DNA of 63,243 bases, the filler included, from Craspedostauros australis (Eukaryota), in NCBI GenBank assembly GCA_030167865.1. It is 9 parts of 9 records of this genome, joined end to end, with 100 filler letters (N's around TTAATTAATTAA, not from the genome) between each part and the next. Parts side by side here need not be neighbours in the genome. Positions count along the whole stretch, not along the records: positions 50,195 to 54,332 come from JALAGF010004108.1; positions 54,433 to 59,188 come from JALAGF010004109.1; positions 59,289 to 60,571 come from JALAGF010004111.1; positions 60,672 to 63,243 come from JALAGF010004117.1; 5 more parts are not named here. One strand, written 5' to 3'. Shown in pieces: positions 51,609 to 62,713 of this stretch (within the stretch, counting starts at the first letter, position 1; the number at the start of each line of letters is the position of its first letter). A program made the position numbers and the translations under genes. The notes below the pieces were generated by a model. It did no database searches and had not been told where the DNA came from. It saw nothing but the letters and a program-made list of their open reading frames with translations.

Positions 51609-52715
51609 CTCTCTTCCGATCAATAGAGAATTCTCGCAGCCCGATTTCGGAGTCCCATGGAGGAATCATAACCAGATAGAGACATTTCTTGTGGGGTCGC
51701 CCCAAAAAACGAAATCGGAATCTGGTTTCAAATGGGCTCTTGAAACCGGGATAATCATTTCTTCCCGATTTCGTTGTGTCCCGCGAAAAGGTCTTCCACG
51801 TGTAGCAATTTCAGAACTGACCAATCATAAATTTCTTTCGTTGTAGACTGCGCTCTTCTGTCCAGATGTAGACTGCTCACGCATGTCAAGTAGGCTGGTT
51901 GCTGTGTTGATGAACGCAAGTCTGGCACGTTTGCAAGCAAGTTGCTCATAAACGTTGTTCCAAGTATTATTGCTCATGCTGGAGATGGTTAAGAGTGGAG
52001 AGAGTGTTTGGGTTTGTGACGAGCACTTTCGAACTTCTCAACGGACGAGGACACCTTGGCAGAGAATGACAAGCCTCTAAGAACGCAGATGAAAAAGCAA
52101 CGAAGCATGGAATTCAACAACAGAGAGTGATAGTCACATAAATGAAACGACAAATTCATTGAAGATTGTTCATCAGTGGCAAACGCAACCGAGGGTAGTA
52201 GACTCAACATGATCGAGGGGTAGACTAATCGGGACTGATACAATGCCACTGAGGAGCTGTTCGAGTACTGTTTTGTTCACGAAACGCTCAGAACTTGATT
52301 CCTCCGAACAACTTTTTGCGATTTCGGAGCAAACCAAACCGGTGTCACATCTCTGTCTTTGTGGGTGCTTGAAATCGGGAAGTGGCTGCTTGCGAGAATT
52401 CTCTAATTTGGGGGAACAAAGTTCATCCAACGGTTTGACCCGATTGTCCGTTCAGGACAGGTCATGTCACGCCCATAAGTGGCGTGGGATGGCACGATCG
52501 CCCAAACCCAAATTCAGCGGACACGCGACATCGTCTTAAGTAGAGCACGATTCGAGGGTGGGACCCCATCCCACCGACATCGAGTCACGCTTCAATCCCC
52601 GCTCAAACTCTGAGCAGTCGGTCATTTGACTAACTAGACTAAATCTTAACACGACTAATGGGAATACTAGTTTGAGCTAATACTCCCCAAAGTGTGTCTC
52701 GATGTAGGTAGCAGT

Positions 52716-54332
52716 TCAGGTGACACGATCCGGCGAGGGGCTGTTGCCCTTCCAGAAGAGCAGAGGCTTGACGAGGGGCCAGAAGGATGCCCATGGGAGG
52801 AACTTGGTCATGATGTCGGCCACATTTTGTGAGCCGTGTATTTTGACGAAGTAGAGGACCCCGGCGGCGATGGCGGAGCGGACCCTGTGGTAGGCAAGAG
52901 CATTGTGCCACTTGGACAGCATGCTCATGGCCACAGTAGACGAGGTGATGACGCTTTGGTTATCACCAAACATCCAGCTGGGACCGTCGATGGGAATGCC
53001 CATCTCGCGGAGAGCGAGTCGGAGAGAGATGATCTGTTCGGTGGCCTGCCTGGCAGCAACGAACTCGGACCCATAGGTCGCAGTCTCGACGGTGGCTTGG
53101 CGCTTGCTGAACCACTCGATGGGAGTCTGGTTGACAAGGTGTAGGATGCCAGTTGCCGACCTGCCAGTGACCTTGCAGTGGAGGAGGTTTGCATCCACAA
53201 AGGTGGTGGTGCGGACAATCGCGCCTTTCGGAGTGGGCACGTCTGGGTCGGTTTCCTCTTGTGTGTGTCCGTACACGGAGTAGAGCCAGTCGTGTTTGGG
53301 AACAACAAAACTCTCTTCGTGGTGTGGAACGCCCGTGCGGAACCGGATGGCGGCATCGGGATGTTTGCGCAGGTACCCGTAAACGCGTTGAGCGCGCTCG
53401 AGGTGACCTTTGCGAGGGGCGGCACGGAAGCGTGCGAGGGTCATGACGGCGACAGAGATGTCGAACCGTCCGAGGGTGATGCACCATTGTAGCGCGCCGA
53501 TCAGCGACATGAACTTGCGTTTGTCGATCTCGGAGAGCTCAGGCGACTTATCGAGTTCCAGGCTGTCATAATGGTCGAGTGGGCAGCTGGCCTTCGTGGG
53601 GGCACAGCCGAACATGCGCTCGTAGTTGCCGAGCATGCGCTTGATGTACAATTGCGGGCTCATCTTCATTGTGCCATCGCTATCGCGACCGAAGTCTGCG
53701 CCGAGGTGGTAGGAGACGGGTCCGACACCCTTCAACTTGTATCCATAGACTGAAGTGAGTGTGTCGAAGAAGGCTTGCGGGTCCTTCATGGTGGCCATGA
53801 GGTCGTCCACGTAGACGCAGACGTACTCCCAATGGTCACCACCGTCGCGCATCCACACATCAGGGTCGGATCTGCATTGGAAGAATTGCAGGTCCCTGAG
53901 TGTGTCGGCGAGCGCTTCGTGGAAGCGTGCGCCAGAAGTGCGGAGGCCGTAGAGTGCCTTGACGATTTGCATCGTATGGCGGGCCTTGTCTCCGAACTCG
54001 TCTCCAGCGACAAAGCAGATGCGTTCCTTGGTGTAGGCTTCCAAGTACGCATTGCCGATGTCGCCGACCATGGTCTGAAGCCCGTTCATCTCCCCAGCGA
54101 GTAGTGCGAGGCGGAGGGAACGGAGGCTGACGACTCCAGCGTAGGCTGTGTCCTTGCATGGCGCTGTCAGGTGGCCGCCGGCGACACATCTGGCCTTGTG
54201 GCGCAGATCGTGCTTCACGGCGTATACCCATTGCAACCGAATCTTCTGGAACCCATCGGGTACCTTGGCATGGTATCCGAGGGTCTTGAAGGTCTCGTAG
54301 CTCGTGAGCTGGTCCATTTCCTTGCGCTCGGC
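52716..54332 (-). CDS. pol: Ty1/copia (CoDi-like) pol, RT-RNase H portion; 5' part lost in the gap
   Basis: KARCVAGGH, GDIGNAYLEA, KALYGLRTSG, YVDDL, YHLGADF, FVDAN...TGRSATG, ETATYGSEF, GDNQSVI, NVADIMTK. Uninterrupted for more than 530 aa. Confidence 0.96.
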   Translation of the reverse strand, partial: AERKEMDQLTSYETFKTLGYHAKVPDGFQKIRLQWVYAVKHDLRHKARCVAGGHLTAPCKDTAYAGVVSLRSLRLALLAGEMNGLQTMVGDIGNAYLEAYTKERICFVAGDEFGDKARHTMQIVKALYGLRTSGARFHEALADTLRDLQFFQCRSDPDVWMRDGGDHWEYVCVYVDDLMATMKDPQAFFDTLTSVYGYKLKGVGPVSYHLGADFGRDSDGTMKMSPQLYIKRMLGNYERMFGCAPTKASCPLDHYDSLELDKSPELSEIDKRKFMSLIGALQWCITLGRFDISVAVMTLARFRAAPRKGHLERAQRVYGYLRKHPDAAIRFRTGVPHHEESFVVPKHDWLYSVYGHTQEETDPDVPTPKGAIVRTTTFVDANLLHCKVTGRSATGILHLVNQTPIEWFSKRQATVETATYGSEFVAARQATEQIISLRLALREMGIPIDGPSWMFGDNQSVITSSTVAMSMLSKWHNALAYHRVRSAIAAGVLYFVKIHGSQNVADIMTKFLPWASFWPLVKPLLFWKGNSPSPDRVT

Positions 54333-54597
54333 NNNNNNNNNNNNNNNNNNNNNNNNNNNNNNNNNNNNNNNNNNNNTTAATTAATTAANNNNNNNNNNNN
54401 NNNNNNNNNNNNNNNNNNNNNNNNNNNNNNNNAGAGAGAGAGAGATGAAATGGTATGACTGTGCTTGCATTGATGGAGATAGCAGCCAGCACTGAGACAT
54501 TGCCCATCAAGCAACAAATCAACGAAGCAATGAAGTAATCAAGCAAGAGGCAGCAACGCAAAACGCTGCACGCCAACCAGAATCAACGAAGGCGACC

Positions 54598-55520
54598 ATG
54601 GGAAGAGACGATGGAGATGACAATGCTGATGCTGATAACGAATGGCAAACGGTGACAAACAACGACCTCAAACATGTCACATCGCTCAGCAACAACAGAA
54701 AGGAAGATATCAAACCAACTGCTCTGGAGTAGAGGAGAGCTTGGGACATGGGCAATTGCAACGCCAACAACAGAACCAACACCAGGACCAACTGCAAAGG
54801 CACAACGTGTCATGGCCCATGGTGCAGTCTGGATCCAAGTCATCAGTACCAGCATGCACGCACATAAACGCCCGATGCGTTGTCGGAAACGGAGATTCAG
54901 CCTATGTTGGACGGGTGCATCCGCAAGATCGGATGCAGCAACTTTTCCCGAGACCTGCAGAGCCTGTTGTTCGGAGATGTTCCTCAGTTTGCACTGCATG
55001 CACCACAACCAGCCACGCCTGTTCATACCGATGCGCAAAGCGATGCGTCGCAGCCACAAACCGCAAACAATGAGCCAGAGGCATGCTCTCATCGGATCCA
55101 CAGATCAAAGAAATCGCGTGCAATGGCGTCGGCAACTTCTCCCATTGCTCGTCATCTTTGTCGGCCATATTAACAACCAGGCAGCTGCTGGCATATGCTT
55201 GTGTCCTGCGTGACAACATGCATGAACTGCAGCACCAACAACAACAAGCTGACTGTCACAGTACGCTCCACTTCATCAAGTTGGATTCGAGCCCTTCCAG
55301 CCAGGCACGACCCCCGTTGGGTCCACCACCATTTCCCACGCAGCTCCTTCCACACCAACGAAACCAACGAACGCGGAAACCATCTGATCGGCAATGATGA
55401 TCACGATGATGACAGCGGTGACAGAATCATCTTCTTCATGTCGCATTGGCCAATGATGCTGCACAGCAACGTACCTTATGCCAACCGGGATCATCTGCAA
55501 TTCATGCACAAAAGACCATG
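54598..55520 (+). pseudogene. SRR1: SRR1-domain (sensitivity to red light reduced 1)-like pseudogene
   Basis: Fragments in different frames: N-terminal EWQTV, then IACNGVGNFS...QLLAYA (SRR1 CYGxGNF...QLA-like) and IIFFMSHWPMMLHSNVPYANR (FFMPHCPxxLYxNxLxANW-like). Early TAG near 54730 plus frameshifts. Confidence 0.6.
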
Positions 55521-55961
55521 CGTATCTCGCGGTTTAGCCAGACCGTGCTGCGAACGACACAGGAGTGCATGGAGCAGCATGCTGCATGGATCAGCAAAGG
55601 TGATGGTGAAGGCATGCCGGACGCACCATTGAATGAATGGATCATTTATTGCTCAAGTTCCGTATACACAGTTTCTATCCTAATGACTATTCTCACGACT
55701 ATTTTTATCAATCAACTCAATTCCGCCATGCGTTCGCTTCTCGAGGACTGCTGTGATGGTATGGTATGGTCTGGCACTTCACTCCTCTTCTTCAGCAGCG
55801 CTGTCCGCCTCAATCCCTTTGGATCAATTGGTGCTCATTGAGCGGACGAGGTGCGCGAGTGTCGCCCGATCCATGTATGAATCCACTTGTGCTGCACCCT
55901 TGTCCTCATCAATGACCTTGTACAACTCCATCATGGACATGTGGCTGTACTCATCATCACT

Positions 55962-58880
55962 CTATGCTTCCCCACTGCAAAACACCTGGGTCTCCGTCAT
56001 CAGTTGAATGTGTGGAATCAGTTTCTTGAAATCTGGATGAGTGAGCAGATTTTGTTCATATCCAACTGCCATTCTCATTGCTGCATCCTTCAACACCACG
56101 CAGTTGTGCTGATCAGCGAATATCAACACATCTATCATGGTGTCCTCTGTGAGATGCTTGCAGGCCAACTCCGCTTCAAGAACAAGCTTGAGTCGCCAGA
56201 AGCCGAACTTGTTGGCCACAAGGATCAGCTGTTGCAGATCGTCCTGTCCATTGAGGGTGGGAGTTGGTTGGTTTGCGTCACCGGTATTGGCATTGTCTTC
56301 ATGAGTGCTGTTGTCGAAGGATATCTCACCTGTGTAGATGCATTGGAGGACGTGTTGGACGTGTTTTGGTTGAAGGTTGGGAAGAGGGATGGTCGTTTGG
56401 ATGGGTTCAGTTCCATCTTGAGCACCATCGTGAGTGCATTGATGTTGGATTCCTTTGTTGATCAATGTCTGAATGGATGGAACAGTGACAACGAGGACTC
56501 CGGAGTTTGCCTTGATTGATTGTTGTTCGTCCCCATGTCCGCACAGGAAGGTAGTGTCTGCGATGGCCTTGGCACGAACAGCGGTGCAACGATCTTGGTC
56601 GATGCTGATCTTGAAGTGTTGTTTCAGCTGCCGTTTCAGTTGTTCGCTCTCTCGTTGAGTTTTCGAGACCATGCCCTGCATTGCTTCCTTCTGCTGTTTC
56701 AACTGCCGTTTCAGTTGTTCGTTCTCCTGGTCCTTTTGTTTCTTCTCTTGCCCCTTCCGTTCCAACTGCTGTTTCAGCTGTTCGTTCTCCCGTCGAGTTG
56801 TCGAGACCATGCCCTGCATTGCTTCCTTCTGCTGTTTTGGCTGTTGTTTTTACTGCCATTTCAGTTGTCCATTCTCTCGTTGACTTTTCGAGACCATGTC
56901 CTGCATTGCTTCCTTCTCATGTTTCGACTGCCATTTCAGTCGCTTGTTCTCCTGGTTCTTCTTGTTCTTCTCTTGCCCCTCCCATTCCAACTTTCGTTTC
57001 AGTTGTCCGCTCTCTCGTTGACTTTTCAAGAGCAAACGCCGAATTTCTTCCGTCTGCTGTCCCAACTCCAGCTTCAGTTGTTCGATCTCTCGCTGACTCT
57101 TCGAGAGCATGCCCTGCATTGCTTCCTTCTGCTGTTTCAACTGCCATTTCAGTTGCTTGTTCTCCTGCTCCTTCTTGTTCTTCTCTTGTCCCTCCCGTTC
57201 CAACTGCCGTTTCAGTTGTTCGTTCTCTCGTTGACTCTTCGAGAGCATGCCCTGCATTTCTTCCTTCTGCTGTTTTAACTGCTGTTTCAGTTGCTTGTTC
57301 TCCTGGTCCTTCTCTTGTCCCTCCCGTTCCAACTGCTGTTTCAGTTGTTTGCTCTCTCCTTGACTTTTTGAGAGCATGTGCTGCATTTCTTCCTTCTGCT
57401 GTCTCAACTCCAGCTTCAGTTGTTCGTTCTCTCGCTGACTTTTTGAGAGCATGCCCTGCATTTCTTCCTTCTGTTGTGCCAACTGCCGCTTCAATTGCTC
57501 GCCCTCCTGCTTGTTCTCTTTCAACTGCTGCCGCAGTTGCGGGTTGCGGAGACTGAGACCAGTGATGATCGATCTCACCACATTGATTTGATCGTTTGTG
57601 CTGATCACATCGAGAGGGGTTTTGTTGTCTTTGTTTTGAATGTCGATATCGGCATTGGCTGATGCGATGAGGTACTTGATGCACCCCAGCTGGTTGTTCA
57701 TGCATGCTTGATGAAGGGGAGTGGTACCGAACAAGTTTTGGAGGTTGACGTTGACCCCGCGTGATTCGATGAGGTACTTCACACACTCCAGCTGGCCTTT
57801 GTAGCATGCCGCATGAAGGGGAGTGGAACCATTGTTGTTTTTGCAGTTGGCGTCGGCCCCGCGTGATTCGATGAGGTACTTCATACACTCCAGATGGCCG
57901 TTGCAGCATGCCCCATGAAGGGGAGTGTTACCATCGTTGTCTTTGCAGTTGATGTTGGCCCTGCCTGATTCGATGAGGTACTTCATACACTCCAGATGAT
58001 TGTTTATGCATGCCACATGAAGGGGAGTGAGACCATCTTTGTCTTTGCAGTTGATGTTGGCCCAGTCTGATTCGATGAGGTACTTCACACATTCCAGCTT
58101 GCTGGTAAGGCATGCCACATGAAGGGGAGTGAAGCCATTGTTGTTTTTGCAGTTGGTGTCAGCCCCACGTGATTCGATGAGGTACTTCACACACTCCAGG
58201 TGGCCTTTGCCGCATGCATTATGAAGGGGAGTGAGACCATCGTTGCCGTTGCAGTTGATGTCAGCCCCGCGTGATTCGATGAGGTACTTCACACATTCCA
58301 GCTGGCCATCTCGGCATGCGTAATGAAGGGGAGTGTCACCATTGTTGTCTTTGCAGGTGATGTCAGCCTCGTGTGATTCAATGAGGTACTTCACACATTC
58401 CAGCTGGCCGGCAACGCATGCCACATGAAGGGGAGTGAGACCATATTTGTCTTTGCAGTTGATGTTGGCCCCGCGTGATTCGATGAGGTACTTCACACAC
58501 TCCAGATGGTTGCGTATGCATGCCAGATGAAGGGGAGTGAGACCATCTTTGTCTTTGCAGTTGATGTCAGCCCCACGTGATTCGATGAGGTACTTCACAC
58601 ATTCCAGCTGGCCCTTGAGGCATGCCTGATGAAGGGGAGTGAGACCAGTGTTGTTTTTGCAGTTGGTGTCAGCCCTCAATGATTCGATGAGGAACTTCAC
58701 ACATTCCAGCTGGCCGTTTGTGCATGCCACATGGAGGCAAGTCCATCCCTTGCTGCCTGTAACCTTGTTGACATCAACTCCTTCATTCTGCGTCTGGTTC
58801 TGCGTCTTCCATTCCTGCAACACCGACAAGTCACCTGCCTGGGCAGCAGCAAAGAGATGTTCGTTCGTAACATTCGGCAT
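55962..58880 (-). CDS. Ankyrin repeat (11x) - coiled-coil repeats - BTB/POZ-BACK protein, interrupted by one in-frame TAA at 56852..56850
   Basis: ORFs 56850..59183 and 55962..56819 share a frame. Likely start MPNVTNEHLFAAAQAGDL at 58880. BTB-BACK: ADTTFLC...IKANSGVL...HVLQCIYTGEI...LILVANKFGFWRLK...VLIFADQHNCVVLKDAA. Confidence 0.85.
56620..57545 (-). repeat. Coiled-coil tandem repeats (25- to 46-aa Q/E/K-rich units)
   Basis: Repeated EEMQGMLSKSQRENEQLKRQL...QQK units, with or without an EREGQEK...QENKQLK insert. Confidence 0.9.
57627..58748 (-). repeat. Eleven tandem 102-bp ankyrin units
   Basis: Recurrent GATTCGATGAGGTACTTCACACA and ATGAAGGGGAGTG at 102-bp periodicity; consensus GxTPLHxACxxGQLECVKYLIESRGADINCKDxx. 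Confidence 0.97.
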
Positions 58881-59704
58881 TTTGAGAGGATGGTCGATGA
58901 TTACTGGACGATTGACGTTGGGCGATTGACGTTGGATTGGCTGTCGAGGAAGAGTGTAGTTCGAGTTACCTATGGCGGAGATATCGATGGTGGTGTCTTC
59001 AATAGCTTGTATTCGTATGGGTATCATACACTGTGTGGTAACTCGATGTCTGTTGTTGATGTGCTCGGGTATGGGGTTGAGTGGTGTGCTTTGTTGTCTT
59101 GTTGTCTTGGAGGTTGCGGTATTGTTGGGATATCGCACCGTATTTCGGACATTATGCCGTATTGTCCGATTTTGAATACACATTGATCNNNNNNNNNNNN
59201 NNNNNNNNNNNNNNNNNNNNNNNNNNNNNNNNTTAATTAATTAANNNNNNNNNNNNNNNNNNNNNNNNNNNNNNNNNNNNNNNNNNNNAGTAGAAAATGA
59301 ATTGAATTGTGTAATGCAACACCCATTACCATCGCAGTCGATGATAGTTGCACAAATGAATGCAAATACAGTAACAGATGAATGGATGGTGTCAAGTTGC
59401 AGCCTGGCGCAGTTCATGGGCAGAGGACGCCGGCCATGGATTGTATAAATGCGATGTGTTAATTGAATATGGTTATGTAGTGTCGAGAAAACGACGGTTT
59501 ACCAAATATACTCGTTCGATGATGGTAGCCGGTGGGTGTTGGGAGTACAACAAGTATCGCGTCTTCGTGCATACTCGCAGCAAGCACAATGTCCAACAGT
59601 GTCTTCTCATGTGCCCGCAGCAACATCGTGCGGGATGGAGTTGGATCTGTCCACAGCTTTGCTCTTGCCCAAGCATGTGCTTTGCCGCAAGTGGCCAAGT
59701 GTGA

Positions 59705-60341
59705 TTAGCAGCCCTCCGGAATGTTGAGGAACATCTCAGATGCAAAGTTGGTATTGTACTGGGATGTCTCGCCATCGATAGTCACGGTGAAACCATCTCC
59801 CTCAATGCCGTCTCCCCAGCTGTCGAAGAGATCCAGGTAGGTGCACTGGTCACTTGGGACGCAAGCAGAATACTCTGGATACACCGTGTTGGCTCGGATG
59901 AAGGCGGACTCGTCCCAGTACTCGATGTCAGAATCTTGAGAGTCGTACATCCTGAAGGAGGTTTCTTCCGGATGACCGTCAGTGCGGAGCTTCAGAGTGA
60001 CGGGGATGCACGAGCTTCCGCCGCCGCTGCCACCGCCACTTCCACCATCGCCGCCACCGCCACCACCGGTGCCGGCGTTAGATCCGCAGAATTGGATATC
60101 GATGGCAGTTCCAAAGTTGGGCTCCGTCTCGGTCTTGATCAACTTGTCATCGGCCTTGACAGTGTACTGGCCACCGGTTTCACTCATGCCATCACCCCAT
60201 TCGTCGGTGATGCGAAGGTTGTAGCACTTGTCGTTGAGAAGGCATCGGTTGATGACTTGTGGGGAGTTGTTGGGGTAAGCACCAGCCGTGACTTCCTCAA
60301 TGACACCGGCATCATTGGACAGCTGCCAGCCGGTCTCGTCT
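59705..60341 (-). CDS. Terminal exon with two DxWGDG beta-sandwich-like modules, of the kind seen at C-termini of secreted proteases; upstream exons probably in the gap
   Basis: DETGWQL...CYNLRITDEWGDGM and LRTDGHPEETSF...CTYLDLFDSWGDGI joined by a Gly-rich linker. CAG acceptor at 60344..60342. Confidence 0.6.
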
Positions 60342-61318
60342 CTGTTATTTCGAGGTTGAATGGTTGGTTGGTTCAATGAATGGGGAAGAGCACATGGTGT
60401 AATGGGAAGATGATGGAGTCAGTCGATGTGACAGCGACTCCAATACAATAGCCGCCAGTACAACTCTCTGTGCCAGCGAGATCGAGATCGAGATGGGCAT
60501 CAACATCGAAGGGTGAAGCTGTTGCACATAGCAACATCAACCAAGGCTTGATGCGTGAAACAGCACCGACGNNNNNNNNNNNNNNNNNNNNNNNNNNNNN
60601 NNNNNNNNNNNNNNNTTAATTAATTAANNNNNNNNNNNNNNNNNNNNNNNNNNNNNNNNNNNNNNNNNNNNTTACCATAGGTCGTAAATGAATCTGAAAT
60701 GAAACACGTATACTACGGCAACTTGGAGTGACAAACATGGCGGCAACAACCAGCTCTGAACTCCCGAGAGTGAAGTCACCAGCAAACCTGAGAAGTACCA
60801 CTCCAGTGCTGTTGGCAACTTTCCATGTTTTGCTGACGAAGTGTGCATTTATTCAAGCTGCGATTGATTCACTTGTTTGAGACTATTGATGTGTGCAGCA
60901 ATTCAGTTTCTGTTGGGGTTGTTGCTGTTGGGCGTCTGAGTGAGCATTTGGTGTTTCTTTTCGGAGTTGCAGAGGTGGCAGGGTTCTACTTTTTTGGTCA
61001 CAACACAGTTGCAGTGTCCATCACAAAAGACGCTCGATCAGCATCATCGCCTTCATTTTTCACCTTGTACCCGAAGTTGATATTGATCTCACTGCACCCA
61101 GGCGGATCTTCGTCAGGCGTGAGATCTTTGCATTGATCAAAGCGATCACCAAAGTTTGGGACCTCCGTTGACGGAAAAAGTGTCCACATCTTGACAAACA
61201 TGAAGCCACCCAACACAGGGAAGTCCATGCTTGCTGCCTTAATCAGTTTGTCATGGTACAATGGCGCTCCAGCTTGATCCTTGGATATCATCTTGGTTAC
61301 TTCATGCTTGCTGTCCTG

Positions 61319-61454
61319 TGTTGGCAAGTTCTGCTCACAGATACTCTTGCAACTGTTGACGGTGGTGGTGGTGGTAGTTGTTTCGATTTCGTTTGCTATT
61401 TCATTTCATTGTTCCGATGCCTCTCGGAGTCTCCCAATAATCTTGGTGTCTCTC
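61319..61454 (-). mobile_element. Older, diverged, inverted family-B LTR end interrupted by the 61455 copy
   Basis: TGTTGGCAAGTTCTGC...CGTTTGCTATTTCATT resembles 41617 onward. Confidence 0.55.
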
Positions 61455-62713
61455 TGTCGAGATGTACATGTGAGAATTTATCGAGATGTACATGTATATG
61501 TGCATCGTTCACCTGTTATTCTCTCATACGCACTTGGACGGTATAACTACACTCGTGTCGATAGTATGATGTGATTCGTCAGAATTACAGTGGAAATGGA
61601 ACACACGAAAATGAACAGAATTTCTGGAGGAAATTTGCAATGGACGATTTCTGAGAGAATTAGAACATCGTCCGTCCATCCATCAATGGTACCAAGAGAA
61701 TCTCGAGGTACTTCCCAACTAAACCTCAGATGACGATATCATCTGACAGACTCCTGCATCACCAATGGAACGTGACATCTGGAGAGCAGAAGGACGCTTA
61801 CTGACGTCGACAGGATGTCATCATGTCACCACGTCAACATCTGTCTCCAAGTCAGAGCAGGAGGCGAAGATCTGATGACCAAAGTGCATCAGGATCATGG
61901 ATACGGGAGATGAACTTCAAATGGTAAGTACTCATGGAGTAGGAGCCAGTACTGAACGAACGGAGTGTCGAATGCAGAGTACGCATCGAACACGGAGTAT
62001 CGTGTAGCACGAGCACACAATGTTGAGAGAGAGAGAGAGAATACATAGAGTAGCAAGAGAGCATCTCGCGTACTGACTCATAGTCGGAGACCGAATCTAC
62101 AAAACAGATTGAAGTATCAAGAGCATTGGGCAAGGGAATGGGCGTACACCGAGAGGATCGGAGTAGCCAACTAATGAAATAGCAAACAGACGACTATCAA
62201 CCAACACCATCTTCCACGATCGTAGGTTACCAATCACGGAACTTGCCAACACGCCTACTGACGTTGACAGGATGTCATCGTGTCACCATGTCAAGATCTG
62301 TCTCCAGGTCAGAGCAGGAGGTGAAGATCCGATGACCAAAGTGCATCAGGATCATGGATACGGGAGATGAACTTCAAATGTTGAGTACTCATGGAGTAGG
62401 AACCAGTAGTAAATGAACGGAGTGTCGAATGCGGAGTACGCATCAAACATGGAGTATCGTGTAGCACAAAGTACACGATGCTGAGATAGAGAGAGAGAGA
62501 GAATACAAAGAGTAGAGAGAGAGCATCTCGCACACCGACTCATACTCGGAGACCAAATCTACGAAACAGATTGAAGCGCCNAGAGCATCGGGCAAGAGAA
62601 CGAACGGACACCGAGAGGATCGGAGTGCCAACGTAATGAAATAGCAAACGAACGACTATCAACCAACACCATCTTCCACGATCGTAGGCTTCCGTGAGCG
62701 GAACTTGCCAACA
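61455..62713 (+). mobile_element. LTR family B: full copy 61455..62251 plus tandem partial copy 62252..62713
   Basis: Colinear with 48855..49658. After GCCAACA the sequence restarts at the internal CGCCTACTGAC site and runs to a second GCCAACA. Confidence 0.82.

Noticed and set aside
17708..55520. pebB-like and SRR1-like genes as a light-signalling cluster
   Set aside because: They are 36 kb and several gaps apart, SRR1 is decayed, and nothing links them functionally.
57627..58748. Regularly spaced conserved blocks with variable intervals, superficially CRISPR-like
   Set aside because: The period is 102 bp, in frame, and encodes ankyrin repeats. There are no cas genes and the context is eukaryotic.
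43205..58880. RT genes near a hypervariable repeat protein as a diversity-generating retroelement
   Set aside because: The RTs are ordinary LINE and copia types. No template/variable repeat pair or adenine-specific pattern was seen.
58881..59183. N-terminal ~100 aa of the 777-aa ORF
   Set aside because: Begins at a non-ATG codon beside a gap and looks like leader sequence. Ankyrin similarity starts at Met 58880.
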